Shown: positions 27,909 through 37,166 of the stretch, piece by piece | Position numbering within the stretch: position 1 is the stretch's first letter | How the letters are laid out: each line of letters begins with the position of its first letter | Source: Candidatus Micrarchaeota archaeon | GTDB taxonomy: Archaea > Micrarchaeota > Micrarchaeia > Anstonellales > SKW190 | Length of the DNA stretch: 59,459 nt | Assembly (NCBI GenBank): GCA_026414265.1 | Contig: JAOAJI010000001.1 | Span: forward strand, 4,009 to 63,467 | Reading direction: 5' to 3' | Notes under the pieces: model-generated | Told to the model about the DNA's origin: nothing | Seen by the model: the letters and a program-made list of their open reading frames with translations, nothing else | Databases searched by the model: none | Made by a program: the position numbers and the translations under genes

Positions 27909-29051
27909 CTAAATTAAAAAACCCCATGTGTTTTCCATATTGCCTATGCCGTTCTTCAAATTGATAGTTTTGTCTTTGGTTTTAATTACCAACTCTTTCA
28001 TTATTGCTGGGTATTCATTATAGTACAGATGAGACGTGATGGGCAAATCAAATATTGATTTAGTGAAATGCCAACAAGCGTTTGAATACGATTCACAGTA
28101 ACCCTTTACCTCTAAATCAAGGTCTTTGCCATATAAAATATGCTTGTAATTTTGATGATCAACTCTAATCGGATCTACACTCAAGTCCCTGCAATAATAA
28201 ATCTTGTCTTGGTTGTAATCGTAATAAGTTAAATCATGAGTGATTTTGAACAAAGGATTACCTAAACTTATGCTATTGCTAATATTACCTTTCAACATTT
28301 CCTTACCTAAAAAAGATACCATGTAAGTCACATAACTTTTATCAGGGAAATGATAGATACCCCAATACCATTGAGGTATTGGTGCAGCTACAAGAATTCT
28401 TTGGAAATATGCAGTTCCAACAAAATCATATGACTCTCTTGAGGATTCATTACTATAACTACCTTTGAGCTCTAAATGCTCAATCCTCAAACCCTCTACT
28501 TCAAAAGGTCCAAAAAATTTGTCAGAGTAATTTGGGCCTACATATTTGCTTTTGTTTTTTTGCTCTGCGATGAATTCAAACTTCTCATCTTTTTTATCAA
28601 TTTCTATAACATATTTACCTTCTTTTTCATAGAATTTAGTGAATGCCTGTTTACCATTTGATATCAACTTCCTTTCTTTGGGATTAACTCTGAATTTAAG
28701 GGTTTCTAAAATGTAGTCTTCGTGCATCTTGTTATGTTGATTATCGTAATACCAACTCGCATGTGCTCCGTTCAAAACGAATTCGTTATTATTTTCATCA
28801 AAATCTATAGTTTCTTTCATGTACATTTTGCAATCATTACACTGAATAAAATCGTCCCTTTTTGTTGACCACAGGATCATCAACTGCCTTGTTTTAAACG
28901 TTTTTTCAGTAGATTCATCGTGAATGAAAAATAACCAGAACCACCAGAACCAAGCACCTTTTTGAAGATGCAATTTAGGTTTCCAGATATAAGAATAAAG
29001 CTGTTTCCTCTTTTCTTCGCTGTCGTGAGAGCCAAAAATCAAGTCTGACAT
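27909..29051 (-). CDS. Hypothetical protein; tentatively AttH/CrtC/tocopherol-cyclase-like
   Basis: Trp-rich N-terminal GAWFWWFWLFFIHD and C-terminal GIGNMENTWGF, which loosely recall the WW and E..WG motifs of that superfamily. Lies between lipid genes. The functional call is weak. Confidence 0.3.
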   Translation of the reverse strand: MSDLIFGSHDSEEKRKQLYSYIWKPKLHLQKGAWFWWFWLFFIHDESTEKTFKTRQLMILWSTKRDDFIQCNDCKMYMKETIDFDENNNEFVLNGAHASWYYDNQHNKMHEDYILETLKFRVNPKERKLISNGKQAFTKFYEKEGKYVIEIDKKDEKFEFIAEQKNKSKYVGPNYSDKFFGPFEVEGLRIEHLELKGSYSNESSRESYDFVGTAYFQRILVAAPIPQWYWGIYHFPDKSYVTYMVSFLGKEMLKGNISNSISLGNPLFKITHDLTYYDYNQDKIYYCRDLSVDPIRVDHQNYKHILYGKDLDLEVKGYCESYSNACWHFTKSIFDLPITSHLYYNEYPAIMKELVIKTKDKTINLKNGIGNMENTWGFLI

Positions 29052-29109
29052 AAAAAATCATTATTATTTTTTGTGAAAAGAATTTAAATGGTAACTTCAT
29101 TGAACAAAT

Positions 29110-29877
29110 ATGAAGAAATTTAAACTTGGTTTGATCGGTTGTGGGTTCATAGGACAAACTATTCTTAGACACTTTAAAAATAACGTAGTTTGGATTTATG
29201 ACTTAGATTATAGTAAAATCGTTGAAGTGAAGAAAAAATTCAAAGCTAATTTTAAATGCCTTAGAGAGTTAGATAAAAGCAACTTAAAGGAAATAGACCT
29301 AGTCGTTGAATGTGCATCTCAAGAAGCAGTTAAAAAATACGCTGGAATAATCCTAAAAGAAACGAACTTGCTTATTGCTTCTGTAGGTGCTTTAGCTGAC
29401 ACTAATTTATTTAATAAAATTATAAAGATTGCCAAAAAGAATTACACGAAAATACTTGTTCCTAACGGAGCAATAGGAGGTATAGACGCACTACAATCAT
29501 TGGGAACGCTAAAAAAAGTCAAACTCACTACCATAAAGAATCCGAAATCACTTGGTTTAGACGAAAAAACAGAGCGCGAAGTAATATTTTCAGGAAATGC
29601 TGAGATAGCCTGTAAGAAATTTCCAAAGAACGTAAATGTTGCAGCAACTCTATCGATATTCGGCTTGGGATTCAAGGATACTTTTGTGGAGATAATAAGC
29701 GATCCAAATGCCAAAAGAACCAAGCATGTAATAGAAGCTGAAAGCGATTTTGCAAAAATGAGCTTTGAAATAGAATCAGACACTTCTAAGGAAAATCCAA
29801 GAACTAGCGTAACAGCCGCAAATAGTATCATAAAAACAATAAAAAACCTAAGTGAAGGATTTGTAGTAAATGTTTGA
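29110..29877 (+). CDS. L-aspartate dehydrogenase-like NAD(P) oxidoreductase (NadX family)
   Basis: LGLIGCGFIG Rossmann start, NGAIGGIDAL, and C-terminal KHVIEAESDF..NPRTSVTAANSI typical of NadX. Confidence 0.65.
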   Translation: MKKFKLGLIGCGFIGQTILRHFKNNVVWIYDLDYSKIVEVKKKFKANFKCLRELDKSNLKEIDLVVECASQEAVKKYAGIILKETNLLIASVGALADTNLFNKIIKIAKKNYTKILVPNGAIGGIDALQSLGTLKKVKLTTIKNPKSLGLDEKTEREVIFSGNAEIACKKFPKNVNVAATLSIFGLGFKDTFVEIISDPNAKRTKHVIEAESDFAKMSFEIESDTSKENPRTSVTAANSIIKTIKNLSEGFVVNV

Positions 29878-29944
29878 TTTCGTTTGTTTTAATAAAATTA
29901 GTTAAATTTATAATATGAAAAATTATGAATTATAGCAGATACTT

Positions 29945-30976
29945 ATGCAAATTAATTTATCTAGTTCTTTCGATAAATGTTGGGATGTTCTTCCACAAGT
30001 TTCGAGAAGCTTTGCCTTGTGTATTAAAATGTTGCCTAAACCAATAGACAATCAGATTATGGTTTCTTATCTGATTTTTAGATTGATAGATACTGTTGAA
30101 GATTCTAACATAGAAAAAAAATCAAAGAAGTTGTATTTTCAAGAGATAATTAGAGTGTTTTCAAAAAAATTATCCCAAGAAAACTTAGAAGAGTTTAAGT
30201 TAAAATTGCTAAAAAACATTAACTGTACGTATGAAAAAGTTCTTTTAGAAATCATTCCTTTGCTACATGAAGCGTTTTTTTCATTTCCTCATAAAATTAG
30301 GAAAAGAATCCTGTATTGGGCAAAAGAAATGGCAAAAGGCATGTACAAATTCCAATTCTCTTTAATTAAAACTATTGAAGACCAAAACAAATACAGTTAT
30401 TATGTAGCAGGTGTTGTTGGTTATTTATTTACAGACTTGATTTACCTGAACAAAAAAGTAACATACTCCACTTACAGGAGATTACTGTTGTACGCAAACC
30501 ATTTTGGATTAGCACTACAAAAAATAAACATTCTGAGAGATGTAGCAAAAGATATCTATGAAAATAGATACTACTGGCCAGAAGAACTATTAAAAAAATA
30601 CGGAATAGATTACAAGAAATTGTTTTCAGTCAAGTACAGGAAAAAAGCCATGAGAGTAGCTGCGGAACTCATAATTGACACAAAAAAATATCTTCACGAT
30701 AGCATAAAATATATAATGGAGTTGCCAAGCAAAGAAGTTGGTCTTAGACTCTTTTGCCTGATTCCGCTGTTCATGGCAATAGAATCTTTTATTAAAATTT
30801 TACAATCCAATGACTTGTTCAATGTCAACTCAATAGTTAAAATATCTAGAGAACAAGTTTTTGAAATAGTTAACTTTGCCACTAGTGTCGCTTCATCCAA
30901 CGAAAAAGTTGTTGAATGGTTCAATAAGAAAATGATAGATTTAGAAAAAGAAGTTATAAATATAAATAAATACTGA
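29945..30976 (+). CDS. Squalene/phytoene synthase-family head-to-head prenyltransferase
   Basis: SRSFALCI, first Asp-rich box FRLIDTVEDS, YSYYVAGVVG, second box NILRDVAKD. Confidence 0.8.
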   Translation: MQINLSSSFDKCWDVLPQVSRSFALCIKMLPKPIDNQIMVSYLIFRLIDTVEDSNIEKKSKKLYFQEIIRVFSKKLSQENLEEFKLKLLKNINCTYEKVLLEIIPLLHEAFFSFPHKIRKRILYWAKEMAKGMYKFQFSLIKTIEDQNKYSYYVAGVVGYLFTDLIYLNKKVTYSTYRRLLLYANHFGLALQKINILRDVAKDIYENRYYWPEELLKKYGIDYKKLFSVKYRKKAMRVAAELIIDTKKYLHDSIKYIMELPSKEVGLRLFCLIPLFMAIESFIKILQSNDLFNVNSIVKISREQVFEIVNFATSVASSNEKVVEWFNKKMIDLEKEVININKY

Positions 30977-31028
30977 CGCTTCTTGTCTAAAGTTTACCAC
31001 AAAAAAGCCAAAGATTTATAAATCCTAT

Positions 31029-31058
31029 CATGATACATTCATGATAGAAGCATGATAC
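31029..31058. promoter_or_regulatory. Three direct CATGATA(C/G) repeats with 11-bp phasing upstream of the wHTH gene (operator-like)
   Basis: Copies at 31029-31036, 31040-31047 and 31051-31058, each start exactly 11 nt after the previous one. Confidence 0.4.
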
Positions 31059-31111
31059 AATCACAATCGGATCATGCTTCTACATGTAATCACAGGCTTT
31101 CTGTGATTGAA

Positions 31112-31124
31112 TGACGCTGGAGGG
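31112..31124. repeat. Left arm of a 12-13 bp perfect inverted repeat (T)GACGCTGGAGGG
   Basis: Exact reverse complement of 31885-31897. GC-rich in an AT-rich context. Confidence 0.8.
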
Positions 31125-31168
31125 ATTACACATCAATAGTGTAATTAAATTAATTAGAAGTGATTAAA

Positions 31169-31657
31169 ATGGACTCTGATATAGATAACCAAAACCAAGA
31201 ATCTATCAATAAAATAAAAAATTTTGCAGACTCAGTAAAAACTGAGTTGCTACAAATAGACAATAATACATTAAAAGAATTCAATGATCCGTTATTCATA
31301 GGAATTCTCCTCTTCAAACTACTAGAAGAGAGAGAAAACACAAACAGGTTGCTCAAAACATTATTACAGAAAATCGAGCAACTCGAAAGAAAAATAGACA
31401 AAACTGATTCTCAAGGAATTAACCTAGAATCAGTCCAAGAAAAACTAGAATTGAATTTGGATTTATTACCAGAACAAGATCAGAAAATTATAGAATTAAT
31501 TAAACTGAGGGGAAAGGTTTGTGCTGCAGAAATAAAAGAAGAATTTAATTACAAAGGTGAAAACGCCGCAAGTGCGAGACTAAACAGATTGTTTGCACTT
31601 GGTTATCTGAAAAAAACAAACGTAGGAAAGAAGGTCTATTTCCTACTGAACGAATAA
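31169..31657 (+). CDS. Winged-helix DNA-binding protein with an N-terminal coiled coil
   Basis: C-terminal IIELIKLRGKVCAAEIKEEFNYKGENAASARLNRLFALGYLKKTNVGKKVYF resembles a MarR/TrmB-type wHTH. Confidence 0.55.
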   Translation: MDSDIDNQNQESINKIKNFADSVKTELLQIDNNTLKEFNDPLFIGILLFKLLEERENTNRLLKTLLQKIEQLERKIDKTDSQGINLESVQEKLELNLDLLPEQDQKIIELIKLRGKVCAAEIKEEFNYKGENAASARLNRLFALGYLKKTNVGKKVYFLLNE

Positions 31658-31884
31658 TGGATCATTTAAAAGCCTCCACAGGCAACGTGTAAATTATTAA
31701 TTTGTTAATGTGCAAGGCGATTATACCAAAGGCAGAGAGATTAATTTTCATAAATAATAAAAATAAAGACCAGTTTTTTGCCGAAAATAATAAAAGGCAA
31801 ATTAAAAAAATTTAATGCTTCTGCCTCCCTCAAGAGAAGTTATTCTAGCTTCTTAGCAGAAGAGAAAACAACCCCCTCAAAAAA

Positions 31885-31897
31885 CCCTCCAGCGTCA
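31885..31897. repeat. Right arm of the inverted repeat CCCTCCAGCGTC(A)
   Basis: Exact reverse complement of 31112-31124. Confidence 0.8.
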
Positions 31898-31922
31898 ATT
31901 TCCTAACTAAGATTTAACACAA

Positions 31923-33665
31923 CTAGGCTTTTCTTCTGAACATTTTTTCAATATCTCCAAAAGTAAGTTTAATGACTACAGGTCTTCCATGAGGACAAGT
32001 AAACGGCTTCTCTGTACTCATTAATCTTTGAATCAAATCACTCATTTCTTTGAAACTCAGTTCATGATTTGCTTTGATCGCGCTTTTACATGCTTTCAAA
32101 GCCATTTTTTCTCTAAATTGTGCATCATCAATATTTTGAGTGTTTACAAATTCTTCTAAAATTTCTTTAATCAGATTTTGTCTGTATTCCAAGAACTCTG
32201 GTATGGCTCTCAAAACAAAGTAGTTATCACCAAATTGTTCGATTTCAAAGCCTTGGGAATTGAATTTATCAATTAACATAGACATCAGTTTCGATTCTGC
32301 AGCAGTCAAATTCAACGTGATTGGCATAACCAATTCTTTTTTCTTAAGTTCTTTATTCGAAATCAATTTATCGTAGATGATTCTTTCTTCGGCTGCATGC
32401 TGATCTACTAAAACTAATTCATTGGTAGTTTCAAGCAGAATGTAAGTCTTGTTAACTTGCCCGATTATTCTGTAATTTGCAAACTGTGCAACGTTATTTC
32501 CTTTTGGAGCAGACAAATTTTTTAGAAATTGCTTGTTTGGCTTTATTACAGAGCTAATATCTTTTTCTTCAAAAACGAGCTGTGTTTTTTGTTTGTTTAA
32601 ATCATTGAGACTAACAAAAGACTTTCCAGTCCTATTATCAGGTACTACGCTAGTTTTTATACCAATCCTTAATTCAGAAGAGTTTTTGAGATTCTCAGTA
32701 AATTTCTTGAACGAGTCTTTAATCAGAGAATAAACCTTTTCGATGTTAAGAAATTTTACTGACTTCTTGTTAGGATGAACATTTACGTCAACTTCTTCAA
32801 AAGGCAAAACTAACCTCAGAACAAACACTGGATTGGTGGCTAAAAAAATCATGTCTTTGTAAAGGTTTTTGACAAACTCCTCTATTTCGTAGGATTTAAC
32901 TAATCTGTTGTTAACAATCAAAAGCTGATAACTTGACGACTTGACTGAGAAACCTGGAATAGAATAATAAGCAATCAAATTGTAATTTTCTTTTTGTGAC
33001 TCAATTCTAATAAGATTTCTTGCTATATCATAGCCAAAAACTTCACGTATTCTTTCTGATTCAGTTGATTCGTAGTATTCCTTGTATATTTTTTGGTCAA
33101 TCAAAATTGTGAACTTAACATTCCAATAAATTATTGCAAAATTTTCAATCAATTTCATTATATTGTAGAGCTCATTTTTGAAGTTTTCCAATTGTTTTCT
33201 CCTAACAGGCATGTTATAAAACAAGTCTTCCACAATTACTTCTGTGCCTTTTGTAATAGCAGCTATTCCTTCAGAGATAACCTTGCCTTCCTTGAGCTTA
33301 ACAAAATAGCCATTTTGACTATTTTCTGTTTTACTTTTTATGGTTAAAATAGCTACTCTTGAAATACTGGCCAGAGCTTCACCCCTGAAACCCAAAGTTC
33401 TGATTTTTTTCAAGTCATTTTCATCAGAAATTTTACTTGTTGTATGTGGCAATGCACAAATCAATAGATCTTCTTTGTCCATTCCGTCGCCGTTGTCTCT
33501 CACTACAAGTGTTCTCAAGTTTTTAGACAGTTCTATAACGATTCTGTTCGCGTTTGCATCTATGGAATTCTCAATTAATTCTTTGATGACGTTCAAGGGT
33601 CTTTCGATAACCTCCCCAGCAGCTATTTTTTCTTGGAGCTCTTTGCTCAAAAACTTTATTTTCAT
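31923..33665 (-). CDS. mutL: DNA mismatch repair protein MutL
   Basis: IAAGEVIERP, ELIENSIDA, DNGDGM, LGFRGEALASI, and C-terminal CPHGRP. Confidence 0.95.
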   Translation of the reverse strand: MKIKFLSKELQEKIAAGEVIERPLNVIKELIENSIDANANRIVIELSKNLRTLVVRDNGDGMDKEDLLICALPHTTSKISDENDLKKIRTLGFRGEALASISRVAILTIKSKTENSQNGYFVKLKEGKVISEGIAAITKGTEVIVEDLFYNMPVRRKQLENFKNELYNIMKLIENFAIIYWNVKFTILIDQKIYKEYYESTESERIREVFGYDIARNLIRIESQKENYNLIAYYSIPGFSVKSSSYQLLIVNNRLVKSYEIEEFVKNLYKDMIFLATNPVFVLRLVLPFEEVDVNVHPNKKSVKFLNIEKVYSLIKDSFKKFTENLKNSSELRIGIKTSVVPDNRTGKSFVSLNDLNKQKTQLVFEEKDISSVIKPNKQFLKNLSAPKGNNVAQFANYRIIGQVNKTYILLETTNELVLVDQHAAEERIIYDKLISNKELKKKELVMPITLNLTAAESKLMSMLIDKFNSQGFEIEQFGDNYFVLRAIPEFLEYRQNLIKEILEEFVNTQNIDDAQFREKMALKACKSAIKANHELSFKEMSDLIQRLMSTEKPFTCPHGRPVVIKLTFGDIEKMFRRKA

Positions 33666-33673
33666 AAATAACA

Positions 33674-36229
33674 CTAGTTTTCAAAATAATTTGATAATTT
33701 GTTTTGCTTAATCTGGTTCATATTTTCTCGAACCAAACTTTTTTCTTCTTGGTTAATTAAATTACTACTTATAGCTTTCTTCTTTTCCTGCAACTCGAAC
33801 ATTTCCATAAGAAATTCTGCCTTTTTGATAACGTTGTCAGGTAAACCAGCAAGCTTTGCAACGTGAATACCGTAGCTTTTGTCTATTTTGCCTCTCAAAA
33901 ACCTGTAAGTGAAAATTATTTTTTGATTTTCCTCTTTTACCTCAACATAATAATTTACTACGTTATCCAAGTTTAGCTCAAGCTCGTTCAATTGATGGTA
34001 ATGAGTTGCAAACATTGTTTTTGCTTTGATGTGCTTAGCGATATATTCTGCAATAGCATATGCAAGACTTATACCATCGTATGTAGAAGTCCCTCGACCA
34101 ATCTCGTCCAAAATTATGAAAGACCTTTCCGTCGCATTATTGAGTATAAAAGCTGTTTCAAGCATCTCAAGCATAAAAGTAGACTGCCCAGATACTATGT
34201 CGTCTCTCGCACCTATTCTTGAAAATATTTTGTCTACTATTGGAATCTTTGCCTTCTTTGCAGGTACAAAACTGCCCAGATGAGCCATGACAATGGCCAA
34301 AGCAGTCATTCTCATGATCGTAGATTTTCCTGCCATGTTAGGGCCTGTTATTACAAGTAATCTTTCTTTTTCATTCATTAAAATGTCATTAGGAATGAAA
34401 TATGTCAGTACTTTTTCCATAACAGGATGTCTTAATTCTTTGATTTCTAAATCAAAAGATTCATGCATTATGGGCTTAACGTAATCATTTCTTTGAGCAA
34501 CCATAGCAAGTGAATGAATACAATCTAAATAAGAAATCGCTCTAGACAAGTAGAATAAATTATTGTAGGACTCGTCAATTTTTTTCAAGACTTGTTCAAA
34601 AAGTTCTTTTTCCAAATTCGCGATTCTTTCATCCAAATTTAAAATTTCTATTTCTTTCTTGTGTAATTCATCAGTGATAAACCTTTCTGAAGAAACTTGG
34701 GTTTGTTTTCTTATGTAATCTCTTGGTACTTTGTCAAGATTTGCTTTTGATACTTCTATAAAGAAGCCAAAAACAGAGTTGTATTTGACTTTCAAAGACT
34801 TTATTCCTGTTCTTTTCCTCTCACGTTCCTCGTAATCCAATAGCCAGGAATTCAAATTACTTCGCAATGACTTGAGTTCGTCTAATTCTTTTGAATAGCC
34901 TTGTTTAATCAAAATCGATTCATCAAAAGTATCGTCTATAGCCAAGCTTAATTCGTTCATCAGTGACAAAATATTACTCAGATAGTTTTCAACGCTTAAC
35001 ATAGTTTCTTGAGTCAAAAATTCAGGATTTTTAACAAATATACGTTCAAACACTTCATATGAATCAGCTTTTAGAGAATTTACAATTTCCAAAGAATGCT
35101 CCAAAGAATTTCTGAGTGATAATAAATCCTTCTTGGAAGTATTTCTTAGTTTTATTCTAGTCAATACACGTTCAATATCAGAAATTTCTTTTAGTTGGTC
35201 ATGAATATAACTAAGGAGCTTGGAATTAAAATAGAATTTCTCAACCAAATCTAACCTATTGTTGATTTTATCAATTTTTCTTAATGGCTTTGTGAGCCAA
35301 AACTTTAGTAATCTCTTTCCCATGACAGTAGAAGTATAATTCAGAACAGAAAATAGAGTATTGTTTTCAGAGCCGTCTCTCATGGATTTTACTAACTCTA
35401 AATTAGTTGCAGTGTTACTATCTATTTCAAGATATTCATCAAAATTTATTCTTTTAACAGTACAAAAATGAGATTTGCTCAATTTCAAGTTCTCAGCTAT
35501 ATACTTTATCAGATTGGCTATAGGGATAATTTCATTATCACTTATACCGAAACAAGATAAGTCAGAGACTTCAAAGAACTCTTTAAGAAATCCTTTAGCT
35601 GAATTTAGCTCTGCATTTTCAACTACTGTATAAAACAAACCTCTTTTCTTTAAAGATTCGAGAATAGAAATATCATTATTGTCTAATATCACTTCTGATG
35701 GTAAAAACTTGTCTAAAATTTCATCTAAAGCATAGTTAGAGAAAAAGAACAATTCTCCTGTTGAAATGTCTGCCATACCATAAGAAATTGCTTTAGTCTT
35801 ATCTGGCTTAGACACAGAAAGCAAATAATTGTTAGAAGTAGACAGAAGATTCTCTTCTATCAGTGTACCTGGAGTAATTATCCTTACCACGTCACGCTTT
35901 ATCAAACCCTTAGCGAACTTAGCATCCTCTAACTGCTCGCATATGGCTATTTTTCTTCCTTTTTCGATTAATTTTTTCAGGTAGTTGTAAACAGAATGGT
36001 AGGGTATTCCTGCCAAAGGTACTTTTTTTTCCCCCTTTCCCTTAGAAGTCAATACTATGTTTAAGTCCTGTGCTAGTGTCTTTGCATCGTCAAAAAAGGC
36101 CTCGTAGAAATCGCCCATACGGAAAAGAACTAAGCAATCATTGTGCTTCTTTTTAATTTTAAGGTATTGGAGAACTGCAGGCGTAAGATTAGATTCATTT
36201 ATGTTGTCTGAAATGCCTTGAGTTTCCAT
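33674..36229 (-). CDS. mutS: DNA mismatch repair protein MutS
   Basis: TPAVLQYL..FRMGDFYE mismatch-binding motif, Walker A GPNMAGKST, DEIGRGTSTYDG, and THYH. Confidence 0.95.
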   Translation of the reverse strand: METQGISDNINESNLTPAVLQYLKIKKKHNDCLVLFRMGDFYEAFFDDAKTLAQDLNIVLTSKGKGEKKVPLAGIPYHSVYNYLKKLIEKGRKIAICEQLEDAKFAKGLIKRDVVRIITPGTLIEENLLSTSNNYLLSVSKPDKTKAISYGMADISTGELFFFSNYALDEILDKFLPSEVILDNNDISILESLKKRGLFYTVVENAELNSAKGFLKEFFEVSDLSCFGISDNEIIPIANLIKYIAENLKLSKSHFCTVKRINFDEYLEIDSNTATNLELVKSMRDGSENNTLFSVLNYTSTVMGKRLLKFWLTKPLRKIDKINNRLDLVEKFYFNSKLLSYIHDQLKEISDIERVLTRIKLRNTSKKDLLSLRNSLEHSLEIVNSLKADSYEVFERIFVKNPEFLTQETMLSVENYLSNILSLMNELSLAIDDTFDESILIKQGYSKELDELKSLRSNLNSWLLDYEERERKRTGIKSLKVKYNSVFGFFIEVSKANLDKVPRDYIRKQTQVSSERFITDELHKKEIEILNLDERIANLEKELFEQVLKKIDESYNNLFYLSRAISYLDCIHSLAMVAQRNDYVKPIMHESFDLEIKELRHPVMEKVLTYFIPNDILMNEKERLLVITGPNMAGKSTIMRMTALAIVMAHLGSFVPAKKAKIPIVDKIFSRIGARDDIVSGQSTFMLEMLETAFILNNATERSFIILDEIGRGTSTYDGISLAYAIAEYIAKHIKAKTMFATHYHQLNELELNLDNVVNYYVEVKEENQKIIFTYRFLRGKIDKSYGIHVAKLAGLPDNVIKKAEFLMEMFELQEKKKAISSNLINQEEKSLVRENMNQIKQNKLSNYFEN

Positions 36230-36326
36230 ATGATATTAATTCAATACGTTAAATTTAAAGTATGAGATGAAATAAGAATTACTATTTCTGATAGGGATTT
36301 AATCCTTATCTACAAAAACTATTTTG

Positions 36327-37166
36327 ATGCCAAAATTGAATACCGAAAAAGTAAGTAATTACAAACGATTTGTAGTTAGAGATAAAATAGAAGAGGCAAA
36401 AGATATATTTACTCTAATTTTTGACAAAAACTTGAAGTCATTGCCTGGACAATTTGTAATGGTATGGCTACCTGGAATAGACGAAAAACCGTTCAGCATA
36501 GGCAATGACAATCCTCTTGAATTGAGCATAGCAAAAAGGGGTAGCTTTTCATCAAAACTGTGTGAATTAGAAGTAAATCAAGAAGTTTTTGTCAGAGGAC
36601 CTTATGGGAATTGTTTTTCCATAAATGATATTAGAGCTAACGATCTCCTAGTACTGGTTGCTGGTAGTTATGGATTAGTACCTTTAAGATTCTTATTAAA
36701 TTACATAGCAAAAACAAAAAAAGATCTATTCAACGATATTGAGATTGTATTAATTTATGGAGTTAGAACAAAAGAATTTATAATGAAAAATTTACCAAAA
36801 AGCAAAAAAGTTAATGTCGTTATAACAACAGACGATGGAAGTTTTGGCATGAAAGGCAGAGTTACAGATGCTCTAAAAGACATACTAGAAAAAAACGTAC
36901 ATGAATATACTAATATCCACGTCATGACCTGTGGTAATGAAAAAATGAGCTTTGCAGTAGCAAAACTATGCGAGAATTACAAGAACGTCAAACTACAAAT
37001 GTCATTGGAAAGAATAATGAAATGTGCGATAGGCATATGCGGTCACTGTGCCATAGGTAGTAAGTTGTGTTGCAGAGACGGAACTGTTTTTGGAATAGAG
37101 ATCTTGAAAGAAAACGAGTTTGGGAGAATTTGGAGAGAACTTGACGGAAGTGAAACAATTCTATGA
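36327..37166 (+). CDS. pyrK: Dihydroorotate dehydrogenase electron-transfer subunit (PyrK)
   Basis: FAD/NAD-binding fold (GQFVMVW, PFSI) and C-terminal 2Fe-2S cluster CAIGICGHC...CC. Confidence 0.8.
   Translation: MPKLNTEKVSNYKRFVVRDKIEEAKDIFTLIFDKNLKSLPGQFVMVWLPGIDEKPFSIGNDNPLELSIAKRGSFSSKLCELEVNQEVFVRGPYGNCFSINDIRANDLLVLVAGSYGLVPLRFLLNYIAKTKKDLFNDIEIVLIYGVRTKEFIMKNLPKSKKVNVVITTDDGSFGMKGRVTDALKDILEKNVHEYTNIHVMTCGNEKMSFAVAKLCENYKNVKLQMSLERIMKCAIGICGHCAIGSKLCCRDGTVFGIEILKENEFGRIWRELDGSETIL

Noticed and set aside
31029-31110. Possible C/D-box sRNA (ATGATA-like boxes and a CTGTGATTGA segment)
   Set aside because: The boxes do not match the RUGAUGA/CUGA consensus, and the spacing and terminal stem expected of archaeal C/D sRNAs are absent. 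An operator or hairpin interpretation fits better.
31658-31884. Possible RNase P RNA or SRP RNA in the 265-bp gap between the wHTH gene and mutL
   Set aside because: None of the conserved signature sequences I know for these RNAs is present, and the region is too short and too AT-rich. It is more likely a set of bidirectional terminator hairpins between convergent genes.
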